From Phoronis australis (lineage: Eukaryota; Animalia; Phoronida), in contig NMRA01000803.1 of NCBI GenBank assembly GCA_002633005.1, forward strand, positions 41,054 to 105,053: 64,000 nt of DNA, given 5' to 3'. Made by a program: the position numbers and the translations under genes. Under the pieces are notes generated by a model. The model was not told where the DNA came from, made no database searches, and saw only the letters and a list, made by a program, of their open reading frames with translations. Positions 23,301-33,362 of this stretch are shown piece by piece (the first letter of the stretch is position 1; every line of letters begins with the position of its first letter).

Positions 23301-26300
23301 CATAATATTTAGCAGAATAGGTGGTGTGCAGAACTACATTCTGAGAGAAGGGCTCCATTTCAGGTAATAAAGCAGGAACATGTGGGTTAACTTTGATCAG
23401 TGTTGTCGAGTATTTTGCATAGAAACAATGCAGATTAAATAATTTGTACATTCATAATTTGCTTGCAGTTTGAATTATTTACAAGAGCATGCGTTTATCT
23501 AGTTTGTTTTAGTCCAGTAGTTAAGTTAACACCTACAGTTTCAAAATAAGTTTCTGTTCGTTGTTAAATATTGTTCTTCCTGCGTTACTTGCATGTCAAT
23601 GAGAAATAAAAGGTTGTAAATTACATTTGAATTTGTCGGCACTTAATAATAGTTAGAATAAAGGCTGCTGTCCCTTTTCATGCACTGAATAAAATCCCAT
23701 TTTGTTTCATCCATGTGTGCACAGATACGGTGCTTCGAATCCATAATGGGATCGAGTTATTTATTGTCAATCCTATTTTCTGTTATTAAAGTTATAAGCA
23801 TTTCATTGAATGGTTTCAGAATACCATGGTTTCAATACCCCATTATTTATGACATTCGTGCAAAACCGCGGAGGATAAGTTCACCAACTGGAAGTAAAGG
23901 TAATTCATTGTGTTGTACTTCTTACAGTGAAGTTTGGGTGATAGCTCTTGCCGCGGTGGTATTTTGAGAACCTGTTTGATGCTTGTTACTTAGTAGAGAA
24001 AACTGGTTCTCAAAACGTGGGTCGTCTTTAAGTGATTATTTCCGTAGTTTGTCTTGTCCCTAGTTAAGGAGCACAACCAATCACAGGGTCAACAATCCCC
24101 TATTGTGTTTAGTGTGAAAAGTTGTCAGATTTCTGCTCACTGAAACTGCGAGTTATTATGGAGTAAAGATTAAGAGGGCCCTGCATTTGTTGTGGCTATA
24201 GCAATTAGGCACATGACTATTCTGTGGCGTTATTAAAGTTTTCTGTGAGACATCAAACTTACGTAAAAATAGCACAAGTTTGTACAAGACCCTTGGTGCT
24301 AGTGTGATTTGTGTACCATCCTTATGTGGCCATTGCTTTACATGAAGAACTCTCTTGTGACTGCTCTGTTTCAGATTTACAGATGGTCAACATATCCCTC
24401 CGCGTTTTGTCGCGACCAGACCAAGTGAAACTCCCTCAGATGTTCCGACAGTTAGGTACAGACTACGACGAGCGAGTGCTGCCTTCTATTGTCAATGAAG
24501 TGAGTTCAGAATTGAAAGATGGAAAATTTTCGAACTTGATGTTCTCCACTTCAGAGAAAACTCAACAATTTAAGACACATCAGGGCAGATGTGATATTTC
24601 ATAAAGAATAAGTAATGTTTTATCAATTTCAAGTTTTATGTCGTAGCTGCGCTCAGACAATGTGTGCGTAAACAACAAAAATGAAAAAGGGCAATTCTAG
24701 CAATTGCTTTTGTTCAAAATTGATGAGATTTTACCAAACAGAAAATTCAAATTTGGTTAGAATTGATAAATTTATGCTCTTTTTTTAGTGGCCACATTAC
24801 ATATAGGCCCCTTATACTGGGTCGTTGAGATGTGATATCGGAATGTGTGTTGAATTTGTGCCAAAGTTCAGTGTATGGCACCATATGCTGAACAAATGGG
24901 GAATCTTGCCTCACTGCTTTTCAAGCTTGTTACAAGCTTGCTAAACCCATCACATCTCTATTTAAGCTTGTTGCCACGACAAGTGAAAGGGTGATATGAG
25001 ATATGGCAAATACTGTTGAGATTGTTGAGCAGTGAAGCATTTGCCGTCATGCTATTTCTGCGACCATTCCTTGGTCCTGCTAATGCAAATGTTTTCACAT
25101 CACAGGTTTTAAAAAGCGTCGTTGCCAAGTTCAACGCATCGCAACTCATCACCCAGCGTCAACAAGTCAGTCTTCTGATTGGCCGTCAGCTGACTGAGAG
25201 GGCGCTCGACTTTAACATCATTGTCGATGACGTGTCCATCACCGAGCTCAGCTTTGGCAAGGAGTACACAGCGGCTGTGGAGGCTAAACAGGTACCAGTA
25301 CACTCCAAACGTTGTCGGACAAAATGATGTGTCTCCTCATAACGGCTAATTCTGCTTAGCATTGGAACGATTGGTAAAATACAAGTACACAGGGCTTGGA
25401 ATGACCAATGACAAAAAACGCGGAAACTTTTACGGCCCAAATCATGCGCGCTACCCAGCCTTGAAATGGTCGATGTGAACCTTTCCCCGACAAAAATCGG
25501 GAGGACTAAAAAAAAAACGTTACCACCATCAGTAGCATGCGTCTGCGTCCTTTTAGCTCGTCCGTCCACTCCCAACCCACACATTTTTGGCTGCAGAGCC
25601 ATAGTATTTGTCGCCGCGGTTTACAATAACACGAGTCCCCATTGAAAATCCCATCACGCTATCCCAGATGCCCCGGCAATGTTGACAATTTACGTTCCTC
25701 CGAAACATAAAGAGCAACTTCGAGGTGAACGTCGTCTGCAACGCCGCGGTAAGAAAGGAATTTGCCGCGGAAATTTTATATCAAATCCCGATTTTTTTTA
25801 CACGGAAATATAATAAAATGCGCGGACAGAACATTTGAAAAAAACGGAAATCCGCGTTTCCGCAGAAAATTCAAAGCCCTGAGTACAGCCCCAGAAATCG
25901 CTTTCGCATTATATCCAGGTTCTCATTTACTCTCATGCATACATTCACTAGTAAGACGGAGCTCAGAAGAGTAGGAGACACCTTTATGCAATGCTTGAGT
26001 GTTGGCCAGTAAAGCCGAGACTGTAAGCCGGGTCTCCTAAGCTAGAGTCTGAAGCTCAAACCCCTAAGCCATACTGGTCGTATATAATGTTCCAGTTTAA
26101 AGTTGCATTTGATCTCAGATGGCATTAAGACAAGTGTGTAGCTTTAATATATTCTCATACCAAAATCGTTTCTCAAAATTAACCCTCTTTTCTCACTATC
26201 TCGACAACAGGTGGCGCAGCAGGAGGCCCAGCGAGCACAGTTCATTGTGGAGAAGGCAAAGCAGGAAAGGCAGCAAAAGATCGTGCAGGCAGAGGGAGAG

Positions 26301-29300
26301 TCCCAGGCCGCCAAGCTCATATCCTTTTAAACAGTTTTGTGCAGTATTGACTGTATAAGGCTATCACCTAGTTGGTGTATCCTGTGCTTATTTATATTTC
26401 GCACGAGGGGTTGAGGCTGCTGTTCCCGTTGAAAGATTCCAAACAAGCATTGCGTGAACCGATGTCTTGCGATTACAACAAGTCAAACTTTCTCTATCAT
26501 AACTAGTGAAACCTCCTCTAGTTCTCTGGCCATTTTCGTTTCTGGAAAAAGTTGTCGTCAAAGAAATGTGGGCTGTCCCACAGCTTGGCTCATTCAAATG
26601 GATCTCTGCCTGGTCGTGCTAAGTCAGTTTAAGTACGGTTTTGGCTAACATCCATGCTTTGCATGCCAGGATGCAATTTCTCTTAGCGTCTCTAACTGGC
26701 ATTTATTGTTGTTGTCAATCTTTTGAAAACACAAACTCATTTATTTCATTCGGCCTCCATTAATAGGGCGTCATGATGGCTTGTTATTTTTTTAAAGAGC
26801 GATTTATCATTTTATCAAACGCACCTAAATCCCGCTTGTTTACCCCGATTCTTCAGTCATGTGATGATCATTGTGCAGCGTGATTGTCAACTGCCGTCGA
26901 TTGAAATTAACCAGAGTCACTCATTCGTCTGAAATCTTGCGGCTGGTATCCTAGTTCGTGCTAGTCGTGTAAGGCCGGACGTAGATCGGGGTTCAAGGAA
27001 AGTCCACACCGCCAGTAGCAAGAGTTCCGCTGGCGATAATCTTTCCTTGAAACAGCTGGGGTGAGGGGGGTTCAGGGAAGGTTCCATCAAAGTTCTCGGC
27101 AGGAGTCAATGAACATGTCTTTAGTAATCTGATGACTGAGAATCACGGGTGAATAGGCTGTGTATGCATGTGTATAACACGCTGTCGGTTTTCAGATATT
27201 TTTCAAGGAAGTAAAAAACCAAGGTAGGTGCGAAACCCGCATGATAGCGTTATGTCACCAGTGTTTAAGCACAACATCTTAGACAATTTTGTGATTGTCT
27301 GGAGATTATCCGCTTTCCTTGACTCATTCCTAAGTAGGTGAAGCGGTGGCGGTCAACCCAGGCTACCTGAAACTGAGAAAGATAAGAGCAGCCCAGAATA
27401 TTGCCAGAGTGGTATGTTCATTCAGTTCTGTTGTTCCTGTAGGTCTAACGCAGTTATTTAAGTGTTTTGTAAGTTTGAATGAAACTTATGTTGCTTAAAA
27501 ATTAATTGTTTAACTATATTAAGAGAAAGCGTTGTTTTGCACAATATGACTGGAAATTAGGTAGAAGCCACAGAAGTAAAGAGTAGTTTTGAGTAAAGGT
27601 AAAACGCTGATCCCATTTGAATGAAAAGTTGATTCTTTAAGGTTATGTAGGAGTTTGTTGACAGGTTTGTGTATTTATCCAAATTACTACTAAATTTTAA
27701 GATTTTAAGTGTAAAATATAATTACATTTTCTGAAAGTAGAAAACTTGAAAAATTTGCTTTTTGATTTTTTACCAGTCTGTCGATAGTTGGGTGAAATTT
27801 AGCAAAAAAATAGAAAAGTATGTTGATAGCAAAACAACTGTATCGATCGCCCGATCAAATTTTATTTGATATAAATGTTAAAGTTGAGATCTCAAGAATG
27901 CTATTAATCATTTCTGAAGGAGCGTTTTGTTTTGTTTTATGTATTAACTTTATTTTTTGTTCCTGAAAACATTAAATGTTCCATTTTGATAGCCCCTCAT
28001 GCAAAAGTGGAATTGTTTTGGAGAACACTGGTATAAAGCTTAGTATGATCTGAAAGTATCTTTTAAATCTGATCATCCAATTAGAGTAGTACACAAGATG
28101 GAGTGTGAAGCAGTATATCTTCCAAGACTAAATGGAATTGCCTTGACAATGCTATTACTTGTTGTGTCGCATTTATGAGCCGTTCTTTACTTTTCATTGT
28201 TACCCCTTTTCAGAGTGTGTTTAAGACCGTTACAGATCTGTATCCCATCACAAAAGCTGACTTTCAATTCAGACCCCTCACGATTATGAAATTGGTCTCA
28301 AATTCGGTAGTCTAGTTGGAGGCAATTTGAAGGTTTCGGAAGAACTGACAGCACGGTCTCAAGGAGTAACGAACTGTCAGCTCTTTGCAAACCCAGAAAT
28401 CACTTCTCATCTGTGTAAGGAACACGTTGAGACCAACTTTATAGCTGTAAGTGGTTTAGATCAAAACTTCCTCTTTTGACGGAATGAGACTTTGTAGCCA
28501 CTTAAAGTGCGGCTTAAGTGCTACGCATATGAATTACTTTCATGAAAGTGCTACATAAATTTCTGTACATGCTCATGTGTATCTTTTTGTAGATTGCCCA
28601 GTCCCAGAATAGAGTCTATCTGAATGCAGGCAACCTTATGCTGANATCTGATGACTGAGAATCACGGGTGAATAGGCTGTGTATGCATGCGTATAACACG
28701 CTGTCGGTTTTCAGATATTTTTCAAGGAAGTAAAAAACAAAAGGTAGGTGCGAAATCCGCGTGATAGCATTATGTCACCAGTGTTTAAGCACAGCATCTT
28801 AGACAATTTTGTGATTGTCCGAAGATTATCCGCCTTCCTTGACTCATTCCTAAGTAGGTGAAGCTGTGGCGGTCAACCCAGGCTACCTGAAACTGAGGAA
28901 GATAAGAGCAGCCCAGAATATTGCCAGAGTGGTATGTTCATTCAGTTCTGTTGTTCCTGTAGGTCTAACGCAGTTATTTAAGTATTTTGTAAGTTTGAAT
29001 GAAACTTATGTTGCTTAAAAATTTATTGTTTAACGATATTAAGAGAAAGCACTGTTTTTGCACAATATGACTGGAAATTAGGTAGAAGCCGCAGAAATAA
29101 AGAGTAGTTTTGAGTGATGGTGCTGATCCCATTTGAATGAAAAAGTTGATTCTTTAAGGTTATGTAGTAGTTTGTTGACAGGTTTGTGTATTTATCCAAA
29201 TTACTACTAGGTTTTAAGATTTTATCTGTAAAATATAATTATATTTTCCAAAAGTAGAAAACTTGAAAATTTGCTTTTTGATTTTTTACCAGTCTGTCAA

Positions 29301-31405
29301 TAATTGGGTGAAATTTAGCAAAAAAAAAAGATGAAAGCGCTCCAAGGAGCGAACCTTGGCGAAATTAACCAAAAAGATGACGATAAAGATGATGACGAAT
29401 ATGACGACGATGGTGGCGAGGATGAACAAAAGAAGTAACAATAACATACACATGACGAACGTAGAAGTCCGAAATCAGTAGGAAAAAGGCTACAGTCTTG
29501 TGCGACACTTGGCGAAATTAACGGAAAAGACGACGGAGATGATGACGAAGATGATGACGATGGTGGTGGCGATGATGAACAACATCACAACATTCATATG
29601 ATGAACTTAGATGTCATAAATCAATAAGAAATAGGCTACAGTCTAGTTCAATAGAAGATAAGCCAACATCAATGCAGCAAGAGCGATCAACAAAGGAACA
29701 GCGTTATCAGAAAATCTCAAATAACTCGAAAAGTAGACGTCCTAGCGAAAAATGGAAAACATCTTCTGAAAGCCCGTTCAAAACTCTATCTAAACTGATG
29801 GTATCACCTAATTCCGTAAATTTTTCGAAAAAAATGAAATTTTGCGTTTTTTTAAGAAATTCAAAATCAAATAACTCGAAAACGGTAAGTCTGAGAAAAA
29901 ATTGTTACAGGCCATTTGAAAGATTATACTTCAAAGAATCCACATGCAAAAAATCACGTCTTTTTCTCTTCCCGTTTAAAATCGCACTCCAGCACGACTG
30001 AAAATGGGTCAACATCGCCAGATCCGCCATCTTGAAAGCAACTTCCGGTTTTTTGGCTTTGTGTAATAGCATGTAATAAGAAACTAATACCTGTAAAAAT
30101 TCGAAGGAATTGGTCTTATAATGCGCCCTCTACAGGAGAAAACGTTTTTAGGCCAAAATCGAGGTGCGCATTCGCGCTCGCCGATATTTCCGCCATCTTT
30201 AACCGGAAGTAAACAATTTCCGGTGTATCTGTAGAAAACTTCCGGTCCATTTACTGTGCCTATTCTTAGCCTTTTACGTAAAAAATTGTAGCCTCCAGAA
30301 GCATTTGAACCTTTAAATGGAAACAAAATGGCCACCACAGCCGCCATCTTGGATCCGATTTTGACGAAAAACAATAGGCATCCAGTACTCCTGAAAGAAC
30401 TTGTTATGTGTAAATTTCGTGATCATCGGACGAAAATTGCGACCTGTATCGTGCGAACAAACAAAAAAAAACTTAGTGGAAGAGCAACATACTTGGCGAA
30501 ATTTATTTCGCCAAGTAAAAAGTATGTTGATAGCAAAACAACTGTATCGATAGCCCGATCAAATTTTATTTGATATAAATGTTAAAGGTGAGATCTCAAA
30601 AATGCTATTAAACATTTCTGAAAGATCTTTTTGTTTCGTTTTATGTATTAACTTCATTTTTTGTTCCTGAAAATCTTAAATGTTCCATTTTGATAGCCCC
30701 TCATGCAAAAGTGGAATTGTTTTGGAGAACACTGGTATAAAGCTTAGTGTCTGAAAGTATCTTTTAAATCTGATCATCCAATTGTTAGAGTGGTGTGCAG
30801 GATGGTGTGCGAAGCAGTATGTCCTCAAAGACTGAATGGAATTGCCTTGACATTGCTATAACTTGTGTCGCATTTATGAGCCGTTCTTTACTTTTTATTG
30901 CTACCCCTTTTCAGAGTGTGTTTAATACCATTACAGATCTGTATCCCATCACAAAAACTGACTTTCAATTCAGACCACTCACGATTATGAAATTGGTCTC
31001 AAATTCTGTAGTCGAGTCAGAGGTGATTTGAAGGTTTCGAAAGAACTGGCAGCATGGTCTCAAGGAGTAACGACCTGTCAGCTCTTTGCAAACCCAGAAA
31101 TCACTTCTCATCTGTGTAAGGAACACGTTGAGACCAACTTTATAGCTGTAAGTGGTTTAGATCAAAACTTCCTCTTTTGACGGAATGAGACTTTGTAGCC
31201 ACTTAAAGTGCGGCTTAAGTGCTACGCATATGAATTACTTTCATGAAAGTGCTACATAAATTTCTGTACATGCTTATCTGTATCTTCTTTGCAGATTGCC
31301 CAGTCCCAGAATAGAGTCTATCTGAATGCAGGCAACCTTATGCTGAACATAGCTGACAAAGATTTTGACGCTGACGCTGTGGCATTGGGAGGAAAGAAGA
31401 AATAG
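20334..31405 (+). CDS. PHB2: Prohibitin-2, 8 coding exons, 299 aa
   Basis: Exons 20334-20463, 23282-23363 ([16 protein letters not shown]), 23820-23899 ([26 protein letters not shown]), 24375-24499 ([15 protein letters not shown]...), 25106-25291 ([22 protein letters not shown]...), 26211-26318 ([11 protein letters not shown]...), 27334-27411 ([26 protein letters not shown]; duplicate at 28854-28931) and 31295-31405 ([17 protein letters not shown]...KKK*; truncated duplicate at 28593-28644). Total 900 nt. Confidence 0.95.
20773..23150. repeat. Cluster of one interspersed repeat family in both orientations in PHB2 intron 1
   Basis: A ~290-bp copy at 20773-21060 (+) and its near-perfect inverse at ~21430-21702. 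Further partial copies at ~21730-21900, ~22640-22900 (palindromic pair) and ~22950-23150, plus a fragment at ~9890-9950. Shared core aagctttt..gcgaattatgcct..cac.gactaaaccatcaaagtcacgttg. Confidence 0.75.
25390..25881. mobile_element. MITE, paralog of 2967-3470, 6-bp TSD
   Basis: TIR cagggcttggaa...ttcaaagccctg flanked by agtaca/agtaca. Interior highly similar to the UBE2J2 intron copy. Confidence 0.85.
26319..27333 (+). other. U12-type (minor spliceosome) intron with apparent AT-AA termini, PHB2 intron 6
   Basis: 5' splice site ATATCCTTT at 26319 and branch site TTTCCTTGAC at 27314-27323. The reading frame requires the exon to start at GTA (27334), so the intron ends ...CCTAA. Identical in the duplicate copy (28853). 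Confidence 0.85.
26853..27139 (+). ncRNA. Composite box C/D-H/ACA scaRNA of the U85 (SCARNA10) / U89 (SCARNA12) type
   Basis: Terminal stem TCAGTCA/TGACTGA; box C GTGATGA at 26861; D' CTGA(AATCTT) at 26929; two internal hairpins, the second ttcaaggaaag/ctttccttgaa followed by ACA at 27052; box D CTGA at 27129 preceded by GTCTTTAGTAA-T. That guide is antisense to U5 loop I UUACUAAAGA, and the D+5 rule places it on C45, the U85 target. Confidence 0.85.
27128..31346 (+). other. Tandem duplicate of the PHB2 3' region across an N, probably uncollapsed haplotypes (27128-28644 vs 28646-31346)
   Basis: The last exon breaks at a single N (28645) and the sequence restarts at the equivalent of ~27128. 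Copies differ by scattered SNPs/indels, synonymous in exon 7, plus one ~1.2-kb insertion. Confidence 0.85.
29328..30516 (-). mobile_element. Non-autonomous Helentron/DINE-1-like element (~1.19 kb)
   Basis: Absent from the first copy of the intron. On the minus strand it is inserted in a T-tract with no TSD, has a 5' subterminal palindrome acttggcgaaat-aa-atttcgccaagt, a 3' matching subTIR aatttcgccaag followed by stem-loop cgctcc-tt-ggagcg, and internal GAT/GAC microsatellite blocks. Confidence 0.75.
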
Positions 31406-32968
31406 GCGTGGCCATAGCTCTGCATATATTAACAGATAGCTAGTCTGAAGTTGTGTGTATGTAGCACCGATGACGCTACATCAAAACCTCACCGTGGCGC
31501 AATGCCACGCCGATATTGGTCTAATATAGTCATTATATTCAACGCATTCAGTTTAATGGCGTGACTTGGGAACTTTGTATCAGACAATGTTAAGATTTTC
31601 CGTCACACACCGTTGAAACATTGCCATTTGACCACGAGGTGGTGTTCTATTGTAAAGTATGTGTTGACTGTTCAGGTGCTGTTATTAATTCAAAAAGAAC
31701 ATATTTCACAAGGCGCTACTGCTAAGGGTTCCTAATAGTCACTAATATATTGTGATATGCCATTTGTGAGTGTCCAACAAATCTTGCAGACATATGGATT
31801 GTGTAAATATTAAGATGTGTTTGATTTGAATAGATCGCCCTATCCATGGAAACGAGTTGTTTTGTTGGCCATCGGATGGTTTTGATTGCAGCAGCGTAAT
31901 AGGATCTTGGGAATGGTGATGAAGCTGGTTTGATGTCAATATTGGTGCTGCCAATTTTATACCAATACACATACCAGTAATACATAAAGCTTTATAGGTG
32001 TGGGATATAGTTTGCCCAACTTTTGCAAGATTTTGGGGGGCCTGTTTCGTGTTGTGCTGAGGCCAAAAATATGTTACAAATAAAAAATTCCTTAATTCAG
32101 TGACCTTTGCGAAGTATCATTCGAACACAATAATTTTTGTTTCAGTATTTTACCTGTACTTTGCACTTGGGTCTTTGCCACAGTGTGCTCCCTTATTATA
32201 TAGTAAATACTTCACTTTGGGACTGTGAAAACACAAGTATTTTGCTGAAGGTTGGAGCTTGTACCAAATTTAGAAATAGGTAATAATGGCGTTCCCAAAT
32301 TGAAGAATTGCCGTCAATGACTAGGGATTATTTATGATTATGCTATACACTGTGGGATGGCTTGAAAACGTTGCACAGGCAGCCATTTTCCACAGTTTGT
32401 AAGGACCGTCAAGTGTTGATTTTGCTGTTGATACAAAACCCAGTATCCGATATTTGACAAATATGGTGAAAACCAAAATCGTTGATGGTCCATTCTTCAG
32501 AATCAAGAAAATTCATTCAGTTTGAATCCGGGTGTCCCAAATTAAACGAGAGTATATTACCGTAGATTCTGATTCGATCCAGTGGTTGCCGCAAAGTCGA
32601 GGTGTGGCCCCTGTTATTCATTGTTCACAGATATCGGCAGGGGTGGCTAAAATTACGTCGGCCTAGCGCAAAGGATAACGGTGCTGCACCTCTTCTCTGT
32701 CATCCAGTTTTGTACCGCCCTTCTCGGCAGTCGCCACCGATGTCCAGCCTCCTTGGTCGTTCGTACCGCCGCCTCTCCTCTGTCGTCACCAACTTTGTAC
32801 CTACCCCGGTTGACAACTTGACCATTTGTTGCGAAATTTTACCGCACAATCGAAATATTTAAGCTTCAAATTTCATGTGGCATTGCAACTTCACAGTCCA
32901 GATTTAAACATGGGTCGTATCCACGCGACATTTAAATCTAAAGCAAAATAATTCACCGTCTTCAACTA

Positions 32969-33118
32969 GGGCTGGGTTGCATAAAACTTCAAAATTATCC
33001 GCTGGATAAGTTTGATTGTTGCATGATGTCAAGTGCATTGTTGAAGAATAACAACGTGACGTGTGATTATGCGACGTCATTGTTGCTATACGGCATATAA
33101 CTTTTATGCAACTGGGTG
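32969..33118. mobile_element. Small MITE (Harbinger-like TIR)
   Basis: gggctgggttgcataaaa...ttttatgcaactgggtgc imperfect inverted termini. Confidence 0.45.
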
Positions 33119-33171
33119 CAGTTTTGGAGCAAGTTTGAAAACCATAACGAGATTGTTAAATCGGCAAGTGT

Positions 33172-33362
33172 CAGTGCTGCAGTGGTAAAATTAGAGGCAA
33201 GTTGGCGCCCAAAGCCCATCGTATCGCCTAGAGCGCTGAATTTTAAAGGTATATTAAACTCGCAGAACCTGATCCGTTGATGGTGGGTAGGATGTTACGT
33301 TAAAAAGTAAAAAGGTAGTTGCCGGCAACGGCTACGTGCGCCTACGCCCCACTACAGCACTG
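33172..33362. mobile_element. hAT-like MITE with 8-bp TSD
   Basis: TIR cagtgctgcagtgg...ccactacagcactg; flanks gcaagtgt/gtaagtgt (7/8 match). A related longer copy starts at 35622. Confidence 0.7.

Noticed and set aside
28593-28931. Real tandem exon duplication or a second PHB2 paralog
   Set aside because: The breakpoint is exactly at an N and the copies look allelic, so an assembly overlap is more parsimonious.
29672-30573. ORFs within the intronic insertion as transposase remnants
   Set aside because: No Rep, helicase or DDE motifs; the element is non-autonomous.
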